A stretch of 64,000 nt of DNA from Eledone cirrhosa (taxonomy: Eukaryota): NCBI GenBank assembly GCA_964016885.1, contig OZ024759.1:17050001-17114000 (forward strand), given 5' to 3'. Shown here piece after piece: positions 28,071 through 42,885 of the stretch. The notes under the pieces were generated by a model. The model saw only the letters and a program-made list of their open reading frames with translations. It had not been told where the DNA came from and made no database searches. Made by a program: the position numbers and the translations under genes. The number at the start of each line of letters is the position of its first letter. Position 1 is the first letter of the stretch.

Positions 28071-28258
28071 CGATATTTAATTTATTTCTATGGAAGCACA
28101 TTATAACAGAAATAAATAGTTCATTTAGATTTTCATGAATGAATGTAAAAATTTAACCACGCGCTTTTATGCTGCTTACTAAGCCATAAAACAAAACAAA
28201 AAAATCAATCTTCAATTTGACAAATATTATGTTTTATTAATAAAATGTTTTAAATAAT

Positions 28259-28432
28259 TGTTTCGACTTTAGGCACAAGGCCAGCAATTATCCAGTGCAT
28301 TACTGGCACTTTATTTTATCGACCCCGTAAGGATGAAAGGTAAAGTAAACCTCGGCGGGATTTGAACTCAGACCGTAAAGGGACGTAACTATGCTGGAAA
28401 GCATGGTGTCCGATACTGCCAATCCATCGCCC
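28259..28432 (-). mobile_element. SINE S1 copy with 18-bp TSD
   Basis: taaaatgttttaaataat at 28241-58 and 28433-50. Other S1 copies at ~2000-2550 (three in tandem), 8778-8963, 13639-13823 and 57494-57681 (-), and 40343-40560 and 42105-42291 (+). Confidence 0.85.
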
Positions 28433-28489
28433 TAAAATGTTTTAAATAATCGTAAACAAATCTATTTCAAATAACAACACTACATATAT

Positions 28490-28880
28490 TTAAAAACGGA
28501 AAATGAATTGAAGGGCAAGTGCTCTAGGGTCCCAGAACGATGGGAGGGTGATGGGCAAAGAGTGCGGCAGTGTTGGACAAGGCCGCAAAAGCATTTCCGT
28601 TCCCAAATCTACATATCTCCACTTCCCACCCACCCACCCCAACTTAAACAAGTCCATTGCCAAAAGGGTGTTGTGGAACTGCTCCACCTTACCGTTCACC
28701 TTCAGATTTAGAAAATGTATGGACCCATATCATACAGGCCTAGCAAGCCAGTGATGGATAATAAACCTGCTAACAAATGATGGACAATAAACCTTCTCGC
28801 TCAGGAGAACTGCTGGACTGGGTGCCATAGACCTACTTGGTGTTGGATGAAGATGAAGAAGTATGGACCTGTAACTCCTT
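28490..28880 (-). pseudogene. Possible degraded LTR-retrotransposon integrase fragment
   Basis: NGKVEQFHNTLLAM resembles the integrase NGxVERFHxTL motif, and SPAVLL is nearby. The segment is short and disrupted. Confidence 0.3.
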
Positions 28881-30299
28881 GTGGGGTCGTAGCAGATGGT
28901 GTTAGGAATGGCATCCAGCCACAGAAACCATACCCACAGTACACACTTTAAAGAATTTCGTGTTAAGGGCATCCAGCCATAGAGGCCATACTGCCAGTAT
29001 ACACTGTGAAGTGTTTGGTGTTAGGAGGGGTATCCAGCCATAGAGACAATATGCCCAGTGCACTCCCAAGAAACCAAGCTAAAACGAGCAGGATATGGTC
29101 ACATGCTGGTACCATGACAAAAAGCACCCCGTAAGGTGGTAGTGCTGAAGTCACAACAAAAAGCACTCAGTCCACCCTGTAAGGTGGTTGTGCTGGTGCC
29201 ATGACAAAAAGCACCCAGTCCACCCTGTAAGGTGGTTGTGCTGGTGCCACGACAAAAAGAACCCAGTTCAACTTGCTTGTGTCATGATAAAATGCTCCCA
29301 GTAAATACTGTAAAGAAGTTGGCATTAGGAAGAGTGTTTGGCCATAGAAAACCAAGCCAGAAATGGAGTGTGTGAGCAAGTTGTGGTCACCTGACTTGTC
29401 TAACCTCAGTAGATGACAATCTGTCTAACCCATGCAGGTATGGAATATGGACATGAAAAGGTGATGATGCTGAAGATGATGATGATGGTGTGTGTGTGTC
29501 TTTCATTGATGTAAATTAGTGAAAGTATGGAAGCATCTAGCAAGAACCCTCACCACCACCACCATCATCACCAATACTACCACAACCACCACCACCATCA
29601 CCAATAATACCACCACTATCACAACCACCACCACTATCAATAACATCACCACCACAACCAAACACACACTTAAAAAAGTGCTCCTTCAAAATAAAATTCC
29701 TTGTGATATTTGTTCCACTCAGTATATAGGTTCTCCCTTGTGATTCACAATAAATTATGAAATATGGCCTTCGTACAATCCTTATTATCGTTTACATCTT
29801 CATAAAGTATTTTCTTATCTTATATCACTGTTTATCTCTACTGAAGGACACAGTTTTTACCATAACCTTGCTTCATTATTTTCAGCAGTTGACTAAGTTT
29901 GCTGTTCTGGTGTTGACAAAGTCACTCTGACTTGATCAACTGGTTTGTAAAAAAAAAAAAAAAATTTGATATAAAGATCATCGCCACCACCACTACCAGA
30001 ATCATCATCACCCCACCACCACCACAACTACTACTAAGACCCTTCACCACCACCTACACCACCACCATCATCATCATCATTTTAACATCTGCTTTTCAAT
30101 GTTTACATATGTTTGTGGATGTATTAATAGAAAGGGCATCCAGCTGTAAAATAGTTGGCCAAATTTACAGTCCTTGCTGGAGCAAGGTGCGACATAGCCA
30201 ACCATGACTAGACTTGCTTCCTGGCATGGACAACACGTCTAACCCATACAAGCATGGAAGAATTAAGGCTAAACGAAAATGACGACGATAATGATGATA

Positions 30300-31360
30300 C
30301 CAGTCCATGCTGTAAAGTGGTTTATGTTGGGGACACAACAAAAAGCGCCCAGTCCACATTGTATGTGGTTATGTTGGTGACACAACAAAAGGTGCCCAGT
30401 CCATGCTGTAAAGTGTTCATTTTGGGGGCATGATATCAAGCACCCAGTTTGCACTGTAAGTGGGCATGTTGGTGACACGACAAAAAGTGCCCAGTCCACA
30501 TTGTATGTGGTTATGTTGGTGACATGACAAAAAGCGTCAAGTCCATGCTGTAAAGTGTTCATGTTGGGGGCATGATATTAAGCACCCAGTCCACATTGTA
30601 TGTGGTTATGTTGGTGACATGACAAAAAGCACCCAGTCCATGCTGTAAAGTGTTCATGTTGGGGGCATGATATTAAGCACCCAGTTTGCACTGTAAGTGG
30701 GCATGTTGGTGACACGACAAAAAGTGCCCAGTCCACATTGTATGTGGTTATGTTGGTGACATGACAAAAAGCGTCAAGTCCATGCTGTAAAGTGTTCATG
30801 TTGGGGGCATGATATTAAGCACCCAGTTAACACTATAAGTGGGCATGTTGGTGATATGACAAAAAGTGCCCAGTCCACATTGTATGTGGTTATGTTGGTG
30901 ACATGACAAAAAGCGCCCAGTCCATGCTGGAAAGTGTTCATTTTGGGGGCATGATATCAAGCACCCAGTTTGCACTGTAAGTGGGCATGTTGGTGACACG
31001 ACAAAAAGTGCCCAGTCCACATTGTATGTGGTTATGTTGGTGACACGACAAAAAGCGCCCAGTCCATGCTGTAAAGTGTTCATGTTGGGGGCATGATATT
31101 AAGCACCCAGTTCACACTATAAGTGGGCATGTTGGTGACATGACAAAAAGTGCCCAGTCCACATTGTATGTGGTTATGTTGGTGACACGACAAAAAGTGC
31201 CCAGTCCACACAGTAAAATGATTGTTTTACTGTCACAACATAAAGCACCCAGTCCATACCATAAAGTGGTCATTTTGATGCCATGACAATAAAGTGTCCA
31301 ACCCACACTGTAAAGTGGTCATTGGTGCCACAATAATAAGCACCCAGCCCACATTGTAAA
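30300..31360. repeat. 48-bp minisatellite with ~3-monomer higher-order structure
   Basis: Monomers begin cccagtccacattgtatg, cccagtccatgctgtaaag and cccagtttgcactgtaag, recurring in order. Confidence 0.9.
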
Positions 31361-32029
31361 TATGGTTGGCATTAGGAGGGGCATCCAGCTGTAGAAACCA
31401 AGCCAAAATCAGTTTTGTATGACTAAGACAAGGCCATCTAATCTGACTTGTCTCACAACGGGACAATATATACGTGTGTGTGTGTGTGTGTGTGTTAGAT
31501 TATGTGTTTGAAATACCGCAGTATTTAAAACATTCAAATATTAAGTGAATACAGTAAAGTATAGAGTATACGTAAAGTGTAGCGTGTAGAAAATGGACAG
31601 AGAGAGATAGAAAAAGGGAGAGAGAGATAGAAAAAGAGAGAGAGGGTTTGGACGACGCGGCAAAGATGCAAAACTTTAATGGCTGCACTGTCTGCATAGC
31701 TGGTATTCCGTAGAAAGAGAAAGCAGACCATCTTGTGCTTACAGAGAGAGATATACAACCGTATTTGGTCATAGACTAACAAGAGCACGTGGGATGGGAA
31801 GAAGCTATAAAACTGACAGCTACTGACTCTGATCTTGTGACCTACATTGAAGCGCCTTTCCTTGTCATAGCGAAGGAGGAGGAGAAGAAGATCGGATGGA
31901 TCACAGCTTTGACAGAGGTGTGGTGGGATGTATGTAAAGACCGAGGTGATGGTGGTGGTGGTGGTTGTGTTGCAGGTGCCGCTATTAGCTATGATATGGG
32001 TGGTGATGATCATAGTCTTAGCTGGTGTT

Positions 32030-34445
32030 TATGACAGCGATGTTATGGTGGTGGTGGTGGTGGTATTTATGACTGCGATGTCATGGTGGTGGCGGTAGTG
32101 GTGTTTACGAGTGCGATGTGGTGGCGGTGGTGTTGTTGTTTATGACTGCGATGTTATGGTGGTGGCGGTAGTGGTGTTTACGAGTGCGATGTGGTGGCGG
32201 TGGTGTTGTTTATGACAACGATGTTATGGTGGTGTTGGTGGTATTTATGACTGCGATGTTATGGTGGTGGTGGTGGTGGTATTTATGACAGCGATGTTAT
32301 GGTGGTGGTGTATATGACTGCGATGTTATGGTGGTGGTGGTGTATATGACAGCGATGTTATGGTGGTGGTGGTGGTGTATATGACTGCGATGTTATGGTG
32401 GTGGTGGTGGTGGTGTATATGACTGCGATGTTATGGTGGTGGTGTATATGACAGCGATGTTATGGTGGTGGTGGTGGTGTTTTTGATCGTGATGTTATGG
32501 TGGTGGTGGTGGTGGTGTATATGACTGCGATGTTATGGTGGTGGTGGTGGTGGTGTATATGACAGCGATGTTATGGTGGTGGTGGTGGTGGTGGTGTATA
32601 TGACAGCGATGTTATGGTGGTGGTGGTGGTGTTTTTGATCGTGATGTTATGGTGGTGGTGGTGGTGGTGGTGTATATGACTGCGGTGTTATGGTGGTGGT
32701 GGTGGTGGTATTTATGACAACGATGTTATGGTGGTGGTGGTGGTGGTACATATGATTGTGATGTTATGGTGGTGGTGGTGGTGGTGGTGTTTATGATTGT
32801 GATGTTATGGTGGTGGTGGTGGTGGTGGAGTTTATGATTGTGATGTTGTGGTGGTGGTGGTGGTGGTGGAGTTTATGATTGTGATGTTGTGGTGGTGGTG
32901 GTGGTGTTTATGATTGTGATGTTGTGGTGGTGGTGGAGTTTATGATTGTGATGTTGTGGTGGTGGTGGTGGTGTTTATGATTGTGATGTTGTGGTGGTGG
33001 TGGTGGAGTTTATGATTGTGATGTTATGGTGGTGGTGGTGGTGTTTATGATCGTGAAGTTATGGTGGTGGTGGAGTTTATGATTGTGATGTTATGGTGGT
33101 GGTAGTGGTGGTGGTGGTACATATGATTGTGATGTTATGATGGTGGTGGTGGAGTTTATGATTGTGATGTTGTGGTGGTGGTGGTGGTGTTTATGATTGT
33201 GATGTTATGGTGGTGGTGTTGGTGGTGTTTATGATTGTGATGTTATGGTGGTGGTGGAGTTTATGATTGTGATGTTATGGTGGTGGTGGTGGTGTTTATG
33301 ATCGTGAAGTTATGGTGGTGGTGGAGTTTATGATTGTGATGTTATGGTGGTGGTAGTGGTGGTGGTGGTACATATGATTGTGATGTTATGATGGTGGTGG
33401 TGGAGTTTATGATTGTGATGTTGTGGTGGTGGTGGTGGTGTTTATGATTGTGATGTTATGGTGGTGGTGTTGGTGGTGTTTATGATTGTGATGTTATGGT
33501 GGTGGTGGTGGTGGTGGTGTTTATGATTGTGATGTTATGGTGGTGGTGGTGGTGGTGGAGTTTATGATTGTGATGTTATGGTGGTGGTAGTGGTGGTGGT
33601 GGTACATATGATTGTGATGTTATGGTGGTGGTGGTGGTGTTTATGATTGTGATGTTATGGTGGTGGTGGTGGTGGTGGAGTTTATGATTGTGATGTTATG
33701 GTGGTGGTAGTGGTGGTGGTGGTACATATGATTGTGATGTTATGATGGTGGTGGTGGAGTTTATGATTGTGATGTTGTGGTGGTGGTGGTGGTGTTTATG
33801 ATTGTGATGTTATGGTGGTGGTGGTGGTGGTGGTGTTTATGATTGTGATGTTATGGTGGTGGTGGTGGTGGTGGTGGAGTTTATGATTGTGATGTTGTGG
33901 TGGTGGTGGTGGTGTTTATGATTGTGATGTTGTGGTGGTGGTGGAGTTTATGATTGTGATGTTATGGTGGTGGTGGTGGTGTTTATGATCGTGATGTTAT
34001 GGTGGTGGTGGTGGTGTTTATGATTGTGATGTTATGGTGGTGGTAGTGGTGGTGGTGTTTATGATTGTGATGTTATGGTGGTGGTGGTGGTGGTGGAGTT
34101 TATGATTGTGATGTTGTGGTGGTGGTGGTGGTGTTTATGATTGTGATGTTATGGTGGTGGTGTTGGTGGTGTTTATGATTGTGATGTTATGGTGGTGGTG
34201 TTGGTGGTGTTTATGATTGTGATGTTATGGTGGTGGTGGTGGTGGTATTTATGACAGCGATGTTATGGTGGTGGTGGTGGTGTATATGACAGCGATGTTA
34301 TGGTGGTGGTGGTACATATGATTGTGATGTTGTGGTGGTGGTGGTGGTGTATATGACAGCGATGTTATGGTGGTGGTGGTACATATGATTGTGATGTTGT
34401 GGTGGTGGTGGTACATATGATTGTGATGTTATGATGGTGGTGGTG
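32030..34445. repeat. Compound (GGT)n minisatellite
   Basis: tttatgattgtgatgttat + (ggt)4-8, repeated over ~2.4 kb. Confidence 0.95.
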
Positions 34446-34929
34446 GTGTTGTTTATGATTGCCATAACTGTTATGGTGATGGTGGCGGTGGTGGTGGTGA
34501 TAGAGTTTTTATGTTATTGTGCTATAAGTCATGGACCCCCCACCCCCACCCCACCCCCTTGCCCTAATCCTTCTTCACAATTAATGAAGAATTCTGAGGG
34601 ATTTATGGACAATTATTATTTATTCCATTACCAAGAAAGTAATTTAACATAATGGATCTTAAATATAACTAATGGTCCTGTGTAATCAATACTGACCACA
34701 ATAGTAAACAATACCTTCATCATCATCATCACCCCCCCCCCCCCCCCCACATCATCATCATCAGCAGCAGCAGCAGAAACAGTTTAATGGCTATTTTTAC
34801 ATGTTTGCATGATGCTAGACTAGTCAGGTGAAACTGTCTTACTCATATGATCTGTTTTGGGCTGGGTTTTCCATGGCTGGGTGTCCTTCCTAACACTCCA
34901 CTTTGCAGCATGTACCAGGAGCTATTTTT

Positions 34930-36500
34930 TGTGGCAGCAACACTACCGCCTTACAGGGTGGCTGGGTGCTTTTTGTCATGGCTCCAGTATGACCACCTTA
35001 CAGAGTGGACTGGGTGTTTTTTGTTGTGGCACCAGCATGACCACCTTACAGAGTGAGCATGGTGTTATTTGTTGTGACACTACTACAGTCAACTTACAGG
35101 GTGGACTAGGTGTTTTTTTTTGTTGTGGAACCCATATGACCACCTTACAGAGTGGACTGGGTGTTTTTTGTTGTGGCACCAGCATGACCACCTTACAGAG
35201 TGAGCATGGTGTTATTTGTATTGACACTACTACAGTCAACTTACAGGGTGGACTAGGTGTTTTTTTTTTGTTGTGGAACCCATATGACCACCTTACAGAG
35301 TGGACTGGGTGTTTTTTGTTGTGGCACCAGCATGACCACCTTACAGAATGAGCATGGTGTTATTTGTTGTGACACTACTGCAGTCAACTTACAGGGTGGA
35401 CTAGGTGTTTTTTTTTTGTTGTGGAACCCATATGACCACCTTACAGAGTGGACTGGGTGTTTTTTGTTGTGGCACCAGCATGACCACCTTACAGAGTGAG
35501 CATGGTGTTATTTGTTGTGACACTACTACAGTCAACTTACAGGGTGGACTAGGTGTTTTTTTTGTTGTGGGACCAGTATGACCACCTTACAGAGTGGACT
35601 GGGTGTTTTTTGTTGTGGCACCAGCATGACCACCTTACAGAGTGAGCATGGTGTTATTTGTTGTGACACTACTACAGTCAACTTACAGGGTGGACTAGGT
35701 GTTTTTTTTGTTGTGGAACCCATATGACCACCTTACAGAGTGGACTGGGTGTTTTTTGTTGTGGCACCAGCATGACCACCTTACAGAGTGAGCATGGTGT
35801 TATTTGTTGTGACACTACTGCAGTCAACTTACAGGGTGGACTAGGTGTTTTTTTTTTGTTGTGGAACCCATATGACCACCTTACAGAGTGGACTGGGTGT
35901 TTTTTGTTGTGGCACCAGCATGACCACCTTACAGAGTGAGCATGGTGTTATTTGTTGTGACACTACTACAGTCAACTTACAGGGTGGACTAGGTGTTTTT
36001 TTTTGTTGTGGGACCAGTATGACCACCTTACAGAGTGGACTGGGTGTTTTTTGTTGTGGCACCAGCATGACCACCTTACAGAGTGAGCATGGTGTTATTT
36101 GTTGTGACACTACTACAGTCAACTTACAGGGTGGACTAGGTGTTTTTTTGTTGTGGAACCCATATGACCACCTTACAGAGTGGACTGGGAGTTTTTTTTT
36201 CATGGTACTAGTATGAACATCTTACAATGTGGACTGGGAGTTTTTTTATTGTGACACTAATACAGTCAACTTACAGGGTGAACAGCGGTTTTTTTTTTGT
36301 TGTCGCATCAGTATGAACACCTTACAGGGTGGACTGGTTGCTTTTTGTTGTGGGACCAGTATGAACACCTTACAATGTGGACTGGGAGGTTTTTGTTGTG
36401 ACACTAAAATGACCACCTAACAGGGTGGACGAGGTGATTTTTGTTGTTGCACCAATACAACCACTGTACAGAGTGGACTGTGTGCTTTTTTTTTACCATG
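34930..36500. repeat. ~147-bp higher-order repeat of three ~48-bp monomers
   Basis: The monomers gaccaccttacagagtggactggg / ...cagagtgagcatgg / ...caacttacagggtggactagg cycle about 8 times. Confidence 0.92.
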
Positions 36501-36613
36501 GCACCAGCAGAATAAACTTAGCTCCGTTTAAATGATTATTTGTCTAGTTAATTTCTACAGACTAAGAAGAAAAAATTGGGTAAATTTTATCTGACTGTTC
36601 TTCAAACTTATAA

Positions 36614-36691
<78 letters not shown>

Positions 36692-37841
36692 GATGCGTAT
36701 GAAGGATGACAGGTGCAGAGCACTAGAAGTCGATGGGAGCCGTGGAGTGGGGAGACCCAAGAAGACCTGGGATGAGGTGATAAAAGCCAACCTTACCAAA
36801 GGCGATGACACACGACCGTGACCTCTGGCGTCACACAGTAATACAGAAGACCCGACTCCCCACGAGTACAAGCCGAAGCTGAAGCATATAGACAATATGT
36901 CCCCCTCCCCCACTGCAAAGTGGTCATGGAGGTGCCACGGAAAAAAAAGCACCCACCACTCACTGTAAATGAGGTTGGTGTTAGGAAGGGCATCCAGCTG
37001 TAGAAATCAAGCCAGAATCAGTTCCAGTATGAGCAAGACATGGTCAGCCAACCAGACACTGCCCACAACAGGCCAACCCGTCTAACCCATGCTAGCGTGG
37101 AAGAACGGACGTAAAACGGTGATGATGATGATGATGATATATATATATATAATAACATTTTAATATACATTCCACCCACCCAGCTATACCCCCTCCCCCA
37201 CACACTTGGTGCTTAATTTATAAACCTAAAAAAAGGCAAAGTTGACCTTATTAGGGTTTGAACTGAGAGAGCAGGGAGGTGGAACAAATATTGTCAAGGT
37301 ATTTTATCAAACATTTTAAGGGAACTTCATAATTAGCAGCCCTTTAGTGAACCACGAGAAACACACATACACGCACATATATACACATATCACACAAGCA
37401 AACACACATACACACAGACACACATACACACATACAAACACACACTTTCACAAACAAACCAAGCAAGAAGAGTGTTTACACACACTCACACTCACATATA
37501 CTTCAACAAACACACACACTTTCCACAATCAAAGTAAGAGTTTTACCCTGTTGCTTTCATTCACTGACACCAATAAAGGTGTCTTTTTTTTTTTTCTTTT
37601 TTACAATACTGCGATAAATGGTCTGATTTGAAATGTCTCCAGTTTTCTCACCAGATTGTCAGTGACTCATGGGACAGATAGAGAGACTAAGGGGGGCGGG
37701 GCAGGGTAAATGGGAGGGGCAGAGGGCACGGGGTGGGTGGGGGCTGGGGGTGGGGGAAGGAAATAAGGAAAGAAAGTAAAGGAAAAGAAAAGAGAGAAGG
37801 AAAGAAGAGGGAAGAAAGAAAAAAGATGATGATGATGAGAG

Positions 37842-37883
<42 letters not shown>

Positions 37884-38180
37884 AGGAAGAGTGTGAGAGA
37901 GAGGGAGAGAGAGAGAAGTAGTGAGAGAGATGAAAAATGAACATAGTACATAGTGATCAGTATCTAAGAAAAACAAAACACACTGTTAAAGGGGACAGAA
38001 AATAAAAAGGAGAAAAGGAAAAGGGAAGCTGGCTCAAGCAACAAAAGAAAGGGAGAGGGGGAGGGGATGTCACCACACCCCAGTCTGAGTGGTGTCTCAG
38101 CCATGCCATGCAGGTATAATGGATAAATGCATTACTGCCGGGGAGAAGGGCCAAAGACACCTGTTGAAACAGCCACCCCA

Positions 38181-39467
38181 ACTCAAGCAGGCTGGGCACT
38201 CTCCTGAAGCAGGCTGGGCTCCCTTCTGAAGCAGGCTGGGCTTCCACTTCAAGCAGGCTGGGCCCCCTCCTAAAGCAGGCTGGGATCCCTCCTGAAGCAG
38301 GCTGGGATTCCACTTCAAGCAGGCTGGGCTCCCTCCTAAAGCAGACTGGGCTCCCACCTCAAGCAGGCTGGGTTCCCTCCTCAAGCAGGCTGGACTCGTT
38401 CCTCAAGCAGGCAGGGCTTGCTCCTCAAGCAGGCTGGGCTCCCACCTCAAGCAGGCTGGGTTCCCTCCTCAAGCAGGCTGGGCTCCCACCTCAAGTAGGC
38501 TGGGTTCCCTCCTCAAGCAGGCTGGGCTCCCACCTCAAGCAGGTTGGGCTCCCACCTCAAGCAGGCTGGGCTCCCACCTCAAGCAGGCTGGGCTCCCACC
38601 TCAAGTAGGCTGGGCTCCCTCCTCAAGCAGGCTGGGCTCCCACCTCAAGCAGGCTGGGCTCCCACCTCAAGTAGGCTGGGTTCCCTCCTCAAGCAGGCTG
38701 GGTTCCCTCCTCAAGCAGGCTGGGTTCCCTCCTCAAGCAGGCTGGACTCGCTCCTCAAGCAGGCTGGGCTCCCACCTCAAGTAGGCTGGGTTCCCTCCTC
38801 AAGCAGGCTGGGCTCCCACCTCAAGTAGGCTGGGTTCCCTCCTCAAGCAGGCTGGACCCCCTCCTCAAGCAGGCTGGGCTCCCACCTCAAGTAGGCTGGG
38901 TTCCCTCCTCAAGCAGGCTGGGCTCCCTCCTCAAGCAAGCTGGGTTCCCTCCTCAAGCAGGCTGGGCTCCCACCTCAAGCAGGTTGGGCTCCCACCTCAA
39001 GAAGGCTGGGTTCCCTCCTCAAGCAGGCTGGGTTCCCTCCTCAAGCAGGCTGGACTCGCTCCTCAAGCAGGTTGGGCTCCCACCTCAAGCAGGCTGGGTT
39101 CCCTCCTCAAGCAGGCTGGGTTCCCTCCTCAAGCAGGCTGGACCCCCTCCTCAAGCAGGCTGGGCTCCCACCTCAAGCAGGCTGGGTTCCCTCCTCAAGC
39201 AGGCTGGGCTCCCACCTCAAGCAGGCTGGGTTCCCTCCTCAAGCAGGCTGGGCTCCCACCTCAAGCAGGCTGGGTTCCCTCCTCAAGCAGGTTGGGCTCC
39301 CACCTCAAGCAGGCTGGGTTCCCTCCTCAAGCAGGCTGGGCTCCCACCTCAAGCAGGCTGGGTTCCCTCCTCAAGCAGGTTGGGCTCCCACCTCAAGCAG
39401 GCTGGGTTCCCTCCTCAAGCAGGCTGGGTTCCCTCCTCAAGCAGGCTGGACTCGCTCCTCAAGCAGG
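38181..39467. repeat. 22-bp GC-rich minisatellite
   Basis: ctcaagcaggctggg(t/c)tccc(t/a)c in tandem over ~1.3 kb. Confidence 0.95.
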
Positions 39468-41500
39468 CCGGCGTCTTTGCAACTTTATGAAAGAAATCAG
39501 CAGTGCAGGGACCAAGGAGTCCAGAGATCTCAACGGACATCTCTGATGCAAAGAGGAAGGAGTCGGTCAACCTAAACTAGTCCTTTATTTTTATTGAGCC
39601 TGAAAGGATGAAAGGCAAAGTTGACCTCAGCAGGATTTGAATACAAATGCAGTGAGGTAGAAAATACACAGAAGCATTTTTAATCCGATGCCCTTACAAT
39701 TCTGCCAATTCACTACCAAAATTTGAGTTGTTGATATTAGGGAGTTGTTGAAGGAGTCACTAACAACTTTTTTTCTCTTCTCTTGAGTCATCTCTACATC
39801 AAAGGTGAAGCATTCATTTTGTTTTTGCTAATGGCTAGAATATACCTGCATATTAACAAATACAAATATGTGACAAAATTTCAATTAACAGTTTGGTCAG
39901 CTCACGAATTTAGTTTTTGACATTTCTTGCTCTGACCACACTTAGATAATTACTAAGCCTACATTTTTCAATACACTGTCCACAGTCACCCATGCCAAAT
40001 TCTCCCCGGTCATAACATCATACGACCCACTCCGCCACTTTGAATATATCCACAGCTCAACTACACGATATAGACATGTCGTGATTCATCACAGGAGATT
40101 ATTATATATTTAATTTAATTATAGAAATGTGTACAAAACTGTGATACTTTAAGGTTCAGTAATCTCACTGAGGTCTGTACCTAAACAGCTACCTAGTTGG
40201 ACTTAATAGTAGCACCAACCCTGCCCATATGTATTAATACCAACCTTATATATGAATAGATATTTCCACAATGGTGCTATGTGCCAATGATGTTTAAATA
40301 ATGTTTAATTGATCACATGCATTTATTCTATATCTAATCTAGGGTGGTAGATTGGCAGTATCGGTAGAGTATCAGACAACATGCTTTGTGACGTAGAGTT
40401 ATGGCCCTTTACGCCCTGAATTCAAATCCTGCCAAGGTTAGCTTTGCCTTTCATCCTTTCGGGAGTTGATAAAATAAAGCCCCAGTAACTCACTGGGGTC
40501 GATTTAATCGATTTTCCTCTCCCCCAAAATTGTTTGTCTTGTGCCTAAATCAGAAAGCAATATTTATTATTGCCATTTTATATCTATTTTCAATACTTCC
40601 ATGAGTTGAACTGTTTTACTAGTCATGGTTTTCTGACAGGATAAATTTCCTTTAAACAACCACTTTACAGTGTGTACTAGGTGCATTTTCTCATGTCACC
40701 AACACTAGAGGTGTAGGGTGTCTGTTTGGACTTAAGAGGCCACCCTACCCTGATTAGTTTTTATTTAAAGACACTGACAGATTGCCTTTGCTACAGTTTA
40801 CATAACAGAGTCCTCATCTACTCTATATTAGTTTTTATTTAGATGTATGATGATGATGATGATGATATTTAGCCCTAGGTCAGGTTGTTGCTGATGCTGA
40901 TGGTGTTGATATTTTTTGTTTAGCCCTAGGTCAGACCTGATCCATCAGACCTATGATAAGATGAATTCTAGTTATGACCATCCTGTCTTTTGTAGTTGTT
41001 TACACTCAGAATCTGGCAGAATAAAACCAGTTCAAGAATACATGAATATATATTACAGGGTTGATGAGGACTCTGCAAGCTGTAGCAAAGGCTACCCTTC
41101 AGTTAGATCATCACCATCATCATCATCATCAGCAGCCACAGCAGCAATCTGACCTCAAGCAAAACAACATCACCATCATCATCATCAGTGGACTAAACAA
41201 CAACAAATGTTATAGACAGACCAAAAATGTAAAATATTTAAAATCTACATATTTAGGTAAGCACTGTAATATGTATGTCAAGACTAAGTCAGTATGATAT
41301 TCCTTGTTCTATAAATGGTAAAATATTGTAGGAATAATATAATGCCATCATTGTTTCATCTCTGACTCAAAACTTCACCAAAATCTTCTGTAGTTTTTTC
41401 TTTTTTTTTTCCTTTCATTTAAAAAAAAAAAATATCTGCCTCATGCTTCTGAATATAACTATATAAATTTAGATTTTCGTTTTCATATATATATATATAT

Positions 41501-41847
41501 ATGGAGGCACATGGCTTAGTGGGTAGAGCATTGGCCTTGCAATCGAAAGGTTGTGAGTTCAATTCTCAGACCGAGTGATGTGTTGTTTGCTTGAGCAAGG
41601 CACTTTATTTCACGTTGCTCCAGTTTACTCAGCTGTAGAAATGAGATGATAGGGACTGGGGTCCCTATCATTCCACTGAAAAGTGGACGTGGAGATGCCA
41701 CGGCAAAAAAGCACCCAGCACTCACTGTAAATGAGGTTGGTGTTAGGAAGGGCATCCAGCTGTAGAAATCAAGCCAGAATCAGTTCCCGTCCCACCCTTG
41801 CAAGCAGGGAAAAGTGGACGTAAAATGAAATGATGATGAAATGATGA
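41501..41847 (+). mobile_element. SINE S2 copy
   Basis: Same head, body and tail as the other S2 copies. Confidence 0.8.
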
Positions 41848-42290
41848 TATATAGTTGTAAGGTTGCAGTAAATATGTCCGTAGGCGGTATGCCATTTGAG
41901 CACTCAATGCTCACGCAGAGCAGAGTATATTATTATAGATAACGAGGAATCAGTGATGCATCAAAGCACAATTTATTAACATATTACATATGTTTCCCCG
42001 AAGATCAGCTCAAGGCAGGATCTATTACAGATTGAACCTGACTGTGCATTCGCAAGGTCCAGATATGTTTAGCGTTTTCAAAGCATTATATATATATATA
42101 TGATGGTGGTGGATTGGCAGTATCGGTGGAGGGTCGGACGCTATGCTATGATGCACAGAGTTGCGGCCCTTGCCATTCTGAGTTCGAATCCCGCCGAGGT
42201 TGACTTTGCCTTTCATCTTTACGGGGTCGATAAAATAAAGTACCAGTAATGCACTGGGTAATTGCTGGCCTTGTGCCAAAAAGTAGAAAC

Positions 42291-42325
<35 letters not shown>

Positions 42326-42753
42326 CAACACCTTCCTCAACCTTTTCCCCTCTCATTCACCTCCCTTAGTAGTAACCATACCTCCCCTACAATTTCCCCA
42401 AGCTTCCTCTCCACTCCCTAGTCCCAAGACAAAAGTTCATAGGCTGACCAAGATACTCTCACGGAATGACTAAATGAGGTTTATTTTTTAATATAGTCCC
42501 TGAAAAGAAACAATGCAGTTATTAACAAGAAGAGTTGAAATTTCACAGCTCTAGCATCACTCCTTCATAGTCAGCCTATGAACTTTTCAGTCGACCCTCG
42601 TATAATGGATTTCACCAGCAATATACTTTTAAGCATGCCTGCTTAATGTCTTTTTTGAGATCACAATAAATACAGTCTACTTAACAGTAATAGAATAATA
42701 GGCTACCTTATATATATACACATGTATATACATGTGTATATACATGTATATAC

Positions 42754-42807
<54 letters not shown>

Positions 42808-42885
42808 ATGTGTGTATATATATATGTTTATTTATATGGATGCATGGAAAGAACAGAGTGTATATATATATATATATATATATAT

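Noticed and set aside
32030-34445. Gly/Val- or Thr/His-rich coding repeat, or telomere-like array
   Set aside because: Unit lengths shift the frame, stops are frequent and there is no long ORF. The motif is (GGT)n, not TTAGGG.
38544-39575. Overlapping 84-168 aa repetitive ORFs
   Set aside because: A 22-bp tandem repeat cycling through all frames, with no coding signature.
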